Positions 29,654 to 38,360 of a stretch of DNA of 52,203 nt are shown here, in pieces. Every line of letters begins with the position of its first letter. Position 1 is the stretch's first letter. The notes beneath the pieces are model-generated. The model was not told where the DNA came from. It did no database searches and saw nothing but the letters and a program-made list of their open reading frames with translations. Location: NCBI GenBank assembly GCA_015232535.1, contig JADFZM010000002.1, positions 1-52,203 of the forward strand, in the 5' to 3' direction. The translations under genes were made by a program, and so were the position numbers. The stretch comes from Candidatus Omnitrophota bacterium (lineage in GTDB: Bacteria > Omnitrophota > Gorgyraeia > Zapsychrales > Zapsychraceae).

Positions 29654-29721
29654 TACAATTCGTCGTGTCCATAAATAGTAGAATTAGTACAAATAGTTTA
29701 GTCCCGATAGAGAGTACTTAT

Positions 29722-30390
29722 ATGTTCAATTTTATACTTTACTTTATACTCTTAATTTTAACCTTACTCCCATGCACAGCCCTGGCTGCTCAAGCAGAAT
29801 ATATCCCCATAGCCACATCTGCTTCTGAAGCGCAATCTGTTAAGAATAATCCTACGTTCAAGGAATTTGGAATCTTGACGAGCTATGGCACTGCAAAAGT
29901 AACAGAAAAGGATGATTATGTCACAATACCAATGTTTTTTCGCTTTGGGATTGATTGCGATAAGTTTGGGCTCGGTTATTCAGATTGGATCGAGCGGGGA
30001 GCGAAAGATCTTTTTCACAAAGACTTTCGCCCAAAGGGCACAACAGAGTTTTTGATAGAACCATTTCTCAGTTATGTCCCGAGCCCGGACAGTAACATGG
30101 AAGGCGGAATCATTCTTGCTTTTAAATATGACTGGCCCCTGACAGAAAAGTTTCATACTTACGTATGGAATGGTGGCGGGATAATGTATATTACTCAGCA
30201 TTTACGCGAACAATCAACTCAGTGGAATTTCACTCCGCAGATGGGCGGAGGCTTCAGCTATTTTCTGGATAAAAACAAAGCATTAAGCATTGAATATCGC
30301 CATCGCCATTTCTCAAATGCTAATAAAAGGTTACCAAATGACGGGATAAATCAGGGTTTTATATCAGTTGGCTTTTCATGGTTCTATTGA
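29722..30390 (+). CDS. PagL-like outer-membrane acyloxyacyl hydrolase / lipid A 3-O-deacylase
   Basis: Signal peptide, alternating beta strands, YRHRHFSNA..PNDGIN (H-x-S-N motif), aromatic C-terminus. Confidence 0.8.
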   Translation: MFNFILYFILLILTLLPCTALAAQAEYIPIATSASEAQSVKNNPTFKEFGILTSYGTAKVTEKDDYVTIPMFFRFGIDCDKFGLGYSDWIERGAKDLFHKDFRPKGTTEFLIEPFLSYVPSPDSNMEGGIILAFKYDWPLTEKFHTYVWNGGGIMYITQHLREQSTQWNFTPQMGGGFSYFLDKNKALSIEYRHRHFSNANKRLPNDGINQGFISVGFSWFY

Positions 30391-30397
30391 GGCTTAG

Positions 30398-31132
30398 ATG
30401 ACCGGATCAAAAAATAAACTGGCATTAATCATCGGTGGAAGTCGTGGTATAGGGCGAGCCATTGTTTTACGTTTGGCGCAGGAGGGCTTTGATATCTGGT
30501 TTACCTGCCGTTCTAATATGGAGGCGGCCCAAAAAGTTCAAGCGGAGGTCGAAAAGATCGGCAGGGAGTGCAGGGTCTTTTCTTTTGATATCGCTGATTA
30601 TAACGCGGTCAAGCTGGCTTTGGAAAAACAAGTTGATACGCGCGTTCCAGATGCCGTTGTTTACAACGCGGGCATTTCAAAGGATAACCTTTTTGTTTTT
30701 ATGACGAGAGAGGAGTGGGATTCGGTTTTACATACCAATCTGGATGGATTTTATCATGTAATGCATACAGTAATTTTCCCTATGTTGCGTGAGAAGAGGG
30801 GCAGAATCGTGATTATTGCATCTACATCTGGGGAGATTGGGCAGGCCGGACAGGTCAACTATTCGGCGTCTAAAGCCGGATTAATAGGAGCTGCCAAGGC
30901 TCTGGCGCGAGAAGTAGCGCGTAAAAATATTTTTGTAAATGTTGTGTCTCCCGGGGTCATAGAAACAGAAATGACCAAGGATCTTCCAAAAGACAAAATC
31001 CTTCCGTTGATCCCTTTGCAGCGTTTTGGTTCAGCCGATGAAGTCGCATCCATTGTGGCTTTTTTGTGTACAGAAAAGCACATGTATATTCATGGGCAGG
31101 TAATTGGCGTCAACGGCGGCCTTGCCATCTAA
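30398..31132 (+). CDS. fabG: 3-oxoacyl-ACP reductase
   Basis: GGSRGIG, NAG, GQVNYSASKAG, PGVIETEM, VNGG. Confidence 0.92.
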   Translation: MTGSKNKLALIIGGSRGIGRAIVLRLAQEGFDIWFTCRSNMEAAQKVQAEVEKIGRECRVFSFDIADYNAVKLALEKQVDTRVPDAVVYNAGISKDNLFVFMTREEWDSVLHTNLDGFYHVMHTVIFPMLREKRGRIVIIASTSGEIGQAGQVNYSASKAGLIGAAKALAREVARKNIFVNVVSPGVIETEMTKDLPKDKILPLIPLQRFGSADEVASIVAFLCTEKHMYIHGQVIGVNGGLAI

Positions 31133-31149
31133 CGAAAGCTTTAAACTCC

Positions 31150-32652
31150 ATGGAAAGATATAATTCAATAATTGTTGGGAGCGGAATCAGTGGATTAACT
31201 TTGGCTTTACTTTTAGCTGCTAACGGACGCAAGGTTCTGCTGCTTGAAAAGGCCCCAATCATCGGCGGATGTTTGTCGCGTTTTTATAAGAAGGGAGTTC
31301 CTTTTGATACGGGATTTCATTTTACCGGAGGATTTGTTAAAAACAGAATAATGGAAGATATGCTCAGAGTTTTAGGCATTCGCGACAGCATTCATCCCAT
31401 TCTTCTTGATAAGGAAAGATCTAACCGATTTATTTTTGAAAATGAAGGCCTAAGCCTTGAAATGCCTGCCGGCTTAGAACAATGCTGTGCTAAACTTGAG
31501 AATTATTTTCCTGCACAACGTGTTGCCATAAGAAATTATTTTGAAATGGTTGAGCGGGTTATTCAGTCGACCCCGTCATTTGATTTACGCAAAATCTCTT
31601 TTTCTCCCGAACCCATTGAAGAAGATTACATTAGCCTTCAAAAAGTTTTAGATAGTCTTACCCAAAACCAAACGCTTAAAGCTGCCTTATCGGTTTATTG
31701 TATGTGTTATGGTACTAAGCCTTCTGAGATATCTTTTGCTAATCATGCGCGAGTGTCTATTGGTTTTTATGATTGTTTAACGCGAATAAAAGACGGGGGA
31801 GAAGCCTTTATTCGGGCTTTTTCTCAAGCGTTCAAGAATTATCCGATTATGATCCGGTGCAATACAACCATTCAAGAGTGTCTAGATATTCACGATGGCA
31901 TTGTTGGCCGCGTCCTTCTTTCTGATGGCGAAGAAGTTGCTTTTGATGAATGCATTTTTACCATTCATCCATTTGAAGTTTTGAAAATCATTCCGAAACA
32001 GCATTTTTCTAAAGCATTTTGGGAAAGAGTAGAGTCCTTCGAGCCCTCCAATGGTTTCTTTTCGGTATTTGGGGCAATTGAAGGAGAAAAGGTAGCTGAT
32101 AATTTTGAACCCTCCATCGTGTCGTTATTACCGCATTCTGATATTAATATTTTATTAGACCCTAAGTACATTGGTCCTCAAGCTTTAGCGATCTTTCAAA
32201 GCTTAGAATGCGCTAAGGATAAAACTTTTCATGTTCTTAATGCTTTTGAGCCATCTTTTTTTGAGCAAGTTGCTCCTTGGTCTAACTCAAAAGTCGGCCA
32301 TCGTCCGCAAGGATATACGGATTATAAGAAACAGCGTGTTCAAAGTATTTGCAATCGGATTCAAGGATTCTTTCCTGAATATAAGGATTCATTTCGAATG
32401 TATGACGCTGCCAGCATGTTGACGTTCCGTGATTATCTGTTTTCGCCTGATGGCAGTGCTTATGGGATAAAACAAAAAGTCGGACAATTTAATCTTTTTG
32501 GAAAATTACCTTTACGTAATCTTTATACTGCTGGGCAGAGCGCGGTTCTTCCCGGGATATTGGGAGCCATGTTGTCTTCTTTTGTTATTGCCCGGGCTCT
32601 CGTTGATAAAGATGCGTACAACAATTTTATAAATAAAAGTTTATGTCCCTAA
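31150..32652 (+). CDS. FAD-dependent oxidoreductase (phytoene desaturase/retinol saturase-like)
   Basis: IVGSGISGL, FDTGFHF, GSAYG, NLYTAGQS..PGILGA. Confidence 0.85.
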   Translation: MERYNSIIVGSGISGLTLALLLAANGRKVLLLEKAPIIGGCLSRFYKKGVPFDTGFHFTGGFVKNRIMEDMLRVLGIRDSIHPILLDKERSNRFIFENEGLSLEMPAGLEQCCAKLENYFPAQRVAIRNYFEMVERVIQSTPSFDLRKISFSPEPIEEDYISLQKVLDSLTQNQTLKAALSVYCMCYGTKPSEISFANHARVSIGFYDCLTRIKDGGEAFIRAFSQAFKNYPIMIRCNTTIQECLDIHDGIVGRVLLSDGEEVAFDECIFTIHPFEVLKIIPKQHFSKAFWERVESFEPSNGFFSVFGAIEGEKVADNFEPSIVSLLPHSDINILLDPKYIGPQALAIFQSLECAKDKTFHVLNAFEPSFFEQVAPWSNSKVGHRPQGYTDYKKQRVQSICNRIQGFFPEYKDSFRMYDAASMLTFRDYLFSPDGSAYGIKQKVGQFNLFGKLPLRNLYTAGQSAVLPGILGAMLSSFVIARALVDKDAYNNFINKSLCP

Positions 32653-33875
32653 AAAGAGTTGTTATCACAGGAATAGGTGCAGTATCGCCATTAGGAAGCG
32701 ATTCTCTTGAAATGTCGCAAGGGCTTGAGGCTTCTCTTAGCGCCGTGCAATATATGGAAGGCTGGGATACTTATAAAGGCTTGAGGTGTCTTGTAGCTGC
32801 GCCGGCTAAGGCTAAAGATGAACATCTAATCCCGCGACAGAGCCGCAGGTCCATGGGCTCTATGAGCATTTATTCTGTTCAGGCCGCGCAAGAGGCATTG
32901 AATGACAGCGCGCTTCCAACAGAAATATTAAAGACAGGCCGAGTAGGCTGTATTATCGGTTCCACCATGGGAGGCGCTAAAAGCATTAATGATGTTTATG
33001 AAAATATGGCATCGCAAAGAGATTTAACGCAATTGACCTCGATGAAATTCTTTCAGTGCATGTCTCATACAGCAGCGTTGAATGTTTCCCAATATTTGGG
33101 TATTAACGGCGTTGTTATGGCGACTTCGGCGGCCTGTGCTTCAGGGCTTCAGGCGATTGGGACGGCGTATGATCTTATCCGCTTAGGTTCCCAAGATGTA
33201 ATTTTGTGCGGCGGGGCGGAAGAGCTTCATCCTACTGTTACAGCATCATTCGATATTTTGTTTGCCACTTCAACGAAATATAATGATCGCCCTCAACTAA
33301 CACCACGTCCTTTCGATGCCAATCGTGATGGGCTGGTCTGCGGCGAAGGCGCAGGAATTATTGTGATAGAAAGCTATGAACACGCAATGGCTCGTAGCGC
33401 AAAAATTCATGCAGAGATTATTGGGTATCAAACTTGTGCTAGCGGGTTACATATCAGTCAGTCGAGCAAGGAGGCTTTGGCCTCTTCCATGCGAGGAGCA
33501 TTAGCCGCGGCACAGATAAATTCTAAGGATATTGATTATATTAATGCCCATGCGACGGCAACGCTACAAGGAGACAAGGAAGAGGCGGATGCTATTCGGG
33601 AAATATTTGGAGATAAGGTCCCTGTCTCTAGCCTTAAAGGATATATGGGGCATACCTTAGGTGCTTCAGGCGGCCTTGAATTGATTGCCAGTTTGTTTAT
33701 GATGCGTTCCGGTCGGATTTATCCGACGAAGAATTTAGAAAATGTAGCCGATGATTGCCAGGGTATTTGGCATGTGCAAAAGCCATTAAAGCGACCGCTA
33801 AATTTTATTTTAAAAAACGCATTCGCACTCGGCGGAATTAATGCGTCGATAGTATTGAAAAGGTTGTCTCAATAA
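32643..33875 (+). CDS. Beta-ketoacyl-ACP synthase (FabB/F-type)
   Basis: SAACASG, HATAT, GHTLGA (Cys-His-His triad). Confidence 0.92.
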   Translation: MSLKRVVITGIGAVSPLGSDSLEMSQGLEASLSAVQYMEGWDTYKGLRCLVAAPAKAKDEHLIPRQSRRSMGSMSIYSVQAAQEALNDSALPTEILKTGRVGCIIGSTMGGAKSINDVYENMASQRDLTQLTSMKFFQCMSHTAALNVSQYLGINGVVMATSAACASGLQAIGTAYDLIRLGSQDVILCGGAEELHPTVTASFDILFATSTKYNDRPQLTPRPFDANRDGLVCGEGAGIIVIESYEHAMARSAKIHAEIIGYQTCASGLHISQSSKEALASSMRGALAAAQINSKDIDYINAHATATLQGDKEEADAIREIFGDKVPVSSLKGYMGHTLGASGGLELIASLFMMRSGRIYPTKNLENVADDCQGIWHVQKPLKRPLNFILKNAFALGGINASIVLKRLSQ

Positions 33876-33900
33876 AATTAGTTGGATAAGGGAAGGAGAA

Positions 33901-34176
33901 ATGATGATCAAAGAAGAAGTCATAAAGAGAATTAATAAAGTCTTCGAGAAGGACTTTGAAATTGATCTGAAGAGGCTTAAGCCAGATGCGCAAATTTTTA
34001 ATGATTTAGGCCTCGATAGTTTGGATATTGTGGACCTGGTCGTGGCCCTGCAGAAAGAGTTCAGCGTTACTATCCGGGATGACGCGCGAGTTCGTAATAT
34101 CCGGACCCTTAATGACATTTATGATTTTATTCTTCTGCTGGGCGAAGAGAGAAAAAAGGAGAATATTAAGGAATAA
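33901..34176 (+). CDS. Acyl carrier protein
   Basis: DLGLDSLD; AAGGAG RBS. Confidence 0.92.
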   Translation: MMIKEEVIKRINKVFEKDFEIDLKRLKPDAQIFNDLGLDSLDIVDLVVALQKEFSVTIRDDARVRNIRTLNDIYDFILLLGEERKKENIKE

Positions 34177-34931
34177 TGTTGACGTTAAAAAAGTTAATCC
34201 TCAATACTGCTTTTTATCTTTTTTTCTTTTTGTTAACTATTCTTTATACCGTGGTTTTAACATTATTGATGATAGGGGTTAGAGTTCTTTCTTCTGATCA
34301 TGAGGTTAATAGGCAATTGCGTTTAGGCATTCGCTGGTATGGACGTATACTTATTTGGGTCTTGCCTCAGCCCTTTTTAAAGGTAAAATATACTAATAAA
34401 TCTCGTCAAGAAAATAAGGATTTACCTTGCATTGTCATTTGCAATCACCGGTCATCATCAGACCCATTTTTAATGGCTTGCCTATCATTTGACTTGATTC
34501 AGATCGTAAATAAATGGCCTTTTAGGATCCCGTTCTTAGGTTGGGTTGCGCGTTTGTCAGGATATTTGAGTGTGAATGAGATGTCGTTTGAGGAATTTAG
34601 ATATCGCTGTGGAAATATTTTAGATCAAGGCGTTTCTGTTGTGGCTTTTCCGGAAGGGACTCGCTCCGGATCTAGAGCAATGGGACAATTTCGCAGTGCG
34701 ACGTTTCGTATCGCGCTTGAGAAAAAAGTTCCGATTGTGCCGCTATGTATAACAGGCAATGAAGATAAACCCCTACGCGGTTCTTTTTGGCTGAATCCCG
34801 GCACGATCCTTATTCACAAATTGCCCCCAGTTCCATACGAAGAATTTAAGGATTTTAGTCCGTTTAAGCTTAAGAACTACATCCGAGATATTATTGAACG
34901 CGAAACAAAAGTAATGGATTCCCAGAAATGA
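34176..34931 (+). CDS. Lysophospholipid acyltransferase (PlsC-like)
   Basis: NHRSSSD (HxxxxD), FPEGTRS, N-terminal TM helix. Confidence 0.88.
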   Translation: MLTLKKLILNTAFYLFFFLLTILYTVVLTLLMIGVRVLSSDHEVNRQLRLGIRWYGRILIWVLPQPFLKVKYTNKSRQENKDLPCIVICNHRSSSDPFLMACLSFDLIQIVNKWPFRIPFLGWVARLSGYLSVNEMSFEEFRYRCGNILDQGVSVVAFPEGTRSGSRAMGQFRSATFRIALEKKVPIVPLCITGNEDKPLRGSFWLNPGTILIHKLPPVPYEEFKDFSPFKLKNYIRDIIERETKVMDSQK

Positions 34932-36223
34932 AATCATTTGAGCATTATCAAAAAAGTTCATTCTTAGAACTTAGTGCTAGGCAAAAAATACAAACTCAAT
35001 TATTACGTCAGCACATGACGTATTGTAATAAATCGTCTCCGTTTTATCGTCAACTTTTTAAAAAACATGGGGTGGTTCCCGAATCGGTCAATTTAGATAA
35101 TTTGCAGGATGTTCCATTTACGGATAAACATTGCTTGGAGCGTTCTAATAAATCATTTATAGCAGTTTCACAAGAAAGTGTAGCGGATATTGTCTTATCT
35201 AGCGGCACCACGGGCGCTCCGACAAAAATAGTTTATTCTCAAGGAGACCTGGAGCGATTAGCTTATAATGAACGTCAATCATTGGCGTCTTGCGGCCTAA
35301 ATGCTCACGATCGTGTTCTTTTAACCTGTACCATCGATCGTTGTTTTATTGCTGGATTGGCTTATTATTCCGGGGCAAGAGCTCTTGGGGCCGCATGCAT
35401 ACGCAATGGTTTAAATTCTCTGGAAAGCCACGCGGGAATTATCAAATTAATGAACCCGACTGTTATTGTTGGTGTCCCATCATTCTTGCGGAAACTGGGT
35501 AATTTTGTCTCGCATCAGAAGATTTCCGTCGCTAGCGTCAAGAAGCTTGTTTGCATCGGGGAGCCTTTAAGGAATATTGACATGCAAAAGTTGACACTTC
35601 TAGAAGATATCGAGAAAATCTGGAAAGCCAAAGCGTACTCAACTTATTCTTCCTCGGAAATAGTTACTACTTTTTGTGAATGCGAAAGACAAAATGGCGG
35701 GCATTTGCATCCGGAATTAGCAGTTGCTGAAATTGTGGATGAGAGAGGGCGCCGGGCTAGTGCAGGCGCTGCCGGAGAATTAGTGGTAACACCCTTAGGA
35801 ATTGAAGGAATGCCTTTAGTGCGTTTTCGCACAGGAGATATTAGCTTTATGATAGATGAGCCTTGCGCTTGTGGCCGTAAAAGTCCGCGCTTAGGGCCTA
35901 TCTTAGGGCGAAAAAAACAAATGCTTAAGATAAAAGGAACGACTGTTTATCCTTTGGCTGTTTTTTCTGCCCTTGATAATATCTCTGAGATAAGCGATTA
36001 TTTTATTACGGTATTTTCTCAGGATGCTCTTTCTGACCGATTGACAGTGACTGTTTCCTTGCGTTATTCCTGTTCAGTTCGTAGAATTAGTGAAGTTTTG
36101 GCTGCAAGTTTACGAGTAGCCCCGGAAGTTGTGATAGCTTCCGAAGAAGAAGTACGCCGTGTTGTTTATAATCCATCTTTACGGAAACCTGTTCGATTTT
36201 TTGATAGGAGAAAAAAGGTATGA
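34928..36223 (+). CDS. Phenylacetate-CoA ligase-like AMP-binding enzyme
   Basis: SSGTTGAP, YSSSE, RFRTGD, CACGR. Confidence 0.88.
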   Translation: MKSFEHYQKSSFLELSARQKIQTQLLRQHMTYCNKSSPFYRQLFKKHGVVPESVNLDNLQDVPFTDKHCLERSNKSFIAVSQESVADIVLSSGTTGAPTKIVYSQGDLERLAYNERQSLASCGLNAHDRVLLTCTIDRCFIAGLAYYSGARALGAACIRNGLNSLESHAGIIKLMNPTVIVGVPSFLRKLGNFVSHQKISVASVKKLVCIGEPLRNIDMQKLTLLEDIEKIWKAKAYSTYSSSEIVTTFCECERQNGGHLHPELAVAEIVDERGRRASAGAAGELVVTPLGIEGMPLVRFRTGDISFMIDEPCACGRKSPRLGPILGRKKQMLKIKGTTVYPLAVFSALDNISEISDYFITVFSQDALSDRLTVTVSLRYSCSVRRISEVLAASLRVAPEVVIASEEEVRRVVYNPSLRKPVRFFDRRKKV

Positions 36224-37710
36224 GCACCTGTGGGAAAATCCCTAATCGATTCGAATTTTCTCAGCACGATATTGAAGAAGCGGTTCGCTCCGGTCAACTT
36301 TTATCTGCAGAGATAGAATTAAGCCTAAAATGCAATTTGCGCTGTCAATATTGCTATGTTTCTACGACAGCTGACCAGAACAATGAGCTTACGGGAAAAG
36401 AAATCCGCGATGTAATTCTTCAAGCGCATGATTTAGGTGCGCGTAAGATTATTATTCTTGGCGGAGAGCCATTAATTTATCCGCGAATTATTGAAAAAAT
36501 AGAATTCATTCGCGCTCATGGAATGCAGGTAGAATTATTTACTAATGGTCTTATGGTAACGCCTGCTATGGCGCGTCGATTATTTGAGCTTGGTGTAAAT
36601 GTTGTAATAAAAGTTAATTCTTTTAAAGATGACGTTCAAGATAAAATTGTTGGTATGCCGGGGGCTTCCAAAAAGATGAGGGCAGCGCTGGTGAACCTTA
36701 AGGGAGCAGGATACCCTTATGGAGCCGGATTCTTAGCCGTGAGCACAATTATTTGCCGGGAAAATTTTTCTGAACTTATAGATTTATGGGTTTGGATTCG
36801 AGACCAGGGAATTCTGCCTTATTTTGAAATCTTAACCCCTCAAGGAAGGGCTTCAGAGAATGATTGGCTTAATGTCGGGGCTGCCGATCTCGAAGATTTA
36901 TTTTATAAAATAAGTGAGATAGACCGAACACGTTATAACCAAATCTGGGATCCTCAGCCGCCTCTTGTCGGAGGGAAATGCTTGCGCCATCGTTTTTCTT
37001 GTTTAATCAATGCCCAAGGCTTTGTTATGCCGTGTGTCGGGGTAAACATTCCAATCGGAAATATTAGGGAGAAAAAACTCAAGGACATCCTAAGAGAAAG
37101 CGAGATTGTCCAAGATCTTAGATATTATCACGATAAAATTAAAGGACCTTGCGGCAAGTGCGACAAAGCCGATGATTGTTATGGTTGCCGAGGGGCTGCT
37201 TATCAATTGACTGGTGATTATTTAGCTTCGGACCCTTTATGTTGGAAGAATTTATCGCTTTCTGAAGATATTGCAAAGCTCCCTATTTTAGTTAATGAAT
37301 TTATTCCCCACGGAAAGCCCATGTGTTTGGTTGATCGCTTGATAAAGCAAGGGGAACGAAGCGCCGAAGTCGAGACCACAATAAGAAGAGATATGCCTTT
37401 TGTGGACGAAAATGGTTTATTAGAAGAGGTTGGATATTTAGAAATGATTGCCCAGGCCACTGCAGCTATGAGAGGGTTTAAGCAGTATGGGATAACGAGT
37501 AATAAGCAAGAGGGTTTTCTTTCAGGGGCAAAGGATTTTGAGATTTTTGAACGCGCACGCGTAGGAGATGTTCTCGTTACGTCTGTATTTAAATATGCCA
37601 AATTTGAGGATATTGGTGTCATTAAGGGAACTATCCACCGCGGATCTTCTTTGCTAGCGCAGGGTGAGATAAAAGTTTGGCAGAAGTCAGCCAAGGAGAA
37701 AATAGCATGA
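36220..37710 (+). CDS. Radical SAM/SPASM protein fused to a C-terminal hotdog (ApeP-like dehydratase) domain
   Basis: CNLRCQYC, GGEP, SPASM cysteines CGKCDKADDCYGCR..DPLC; then IPHGKPMCLVD..EMIAQATAA. Confidence 0.85.
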   Translation: MSTCGKIPNRFEFSQHDIEEAVRSGQLLSAEIELSLKCNLRCQYCYVSTTADQNNELTGKEIRDVILQAHDLGARKIIILGGEPLIYPRIIEKIEFIRAHGMQVELFTNGLMVTPAMARRLFELGVNVVIKVNSFKDDVQDKIVGMPGASKKMRAALVNLKGAGYPYGAGFLAVSTIICRENFSELIDLWVWIRDQGILPYFEILTPQGRASENDWLNVGAADLEDLFYKISEIDRTRYNQIWDPQPPLVGGKCLRHRFSCLINAQGFVMPCVGVNIPIGNIREKKLKDILRESEIVQDLRYYHDKIKGPCGKCDKADDCYGCRGAAYQLTGDYLASDPLCWKNLSLSEDIAKLPILVNEFIPHGKPMCLVDRLIKQGERSAEVETTIRRDMPFVDENGLLEEVGYLEMIAQATAAMRGFKQYGITSNKQEGFLSGAKDFEIFERARVGDVLVTSVFKYAKFEDIGVIKGTIHRGSSLLAQGEIKVWQKSAKEKIA

Positions 37711-38360
37711 TTAAAATATTCGTAACACTTTTAATATTCTTTCTTGGAAATGTTGTTCAATGTCAAGCCCAAAACTCCGATGAAGTAAAGGAGGTGCTTA
37801 CAAATATTACAAGCCAAATGGCGAATCTCAAGACCGTTCAAGCCGATTTCACTCAAGAAAAGAAGATGGCCGTATTTACTTCACCGATAATTTTGCGTGG
37901 AACATTGCTATGGGAAAAACCTGATTCCTTTGCTTGGCGAATTGTTTCTCCGATTCAGTATATAATTGTCATGCGGCAAGGAATCGCCCGACAATGGGAG
38001 GGGGAGCATAATACTATCCAAGAATTTCAAATGAGCTCCAATCCTGTCATGCGCGTAGCTTCTTCGCAATTGCAGAAATGGTTTGGCGGAAATTATCAGA
38101 AGCTTGCCACGGAATATGATGTTTCTTTGGCTGGCCGTCAGCCGTTAATTTTGGCTTGTGTGCCACATCAGGATAGCCCGGAATCCGGCGTGATTGCACG
38201 AATCTCGATACAGTTTCGAGAAGATTTGCGTTATATCGAACGAATTACAATTGAAGAAGTATCCGGAGATATAACAAATATCAAATTCGAAAATACACAT
38301 TTTAATTTGCCAATTTCAGAAGATAGTTGGCGTATAGGTTTGGTGAGCCCACATGTTTGA
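37707..38360 (+). CDS. LolA-like periplasmic carrier
   Basis: Signal peptide, QADFTQEK, FAWRIVSP, GDITNIKF. Confidence 0.8.
   Translation: MIKIFVTLLIFFLGNVVQCQAQNSDEVKEVLTNITSQMANLKTVQADFTQEKKMAVFTSPIILRGTLLWEKPDSFAWRIVSPIQYIIVMRQGIARQWEGEHNTIQEFQMSSNPVMRVASSQLQKWFGGNYQKLATEYDVSLAGRQPLILACVPHQDSPESGVIARISIQFREDLRYIERITIEEVSGDITNIKFENTHFNLPISEDSWRIGLVSPHV

Noticed and set aside
36220-37260. RiPP system around the SPASM enzyme
   Set aside because: No precursor peptide, RRE domain or peptidase nearby; the context is fatty-acid/polyketide
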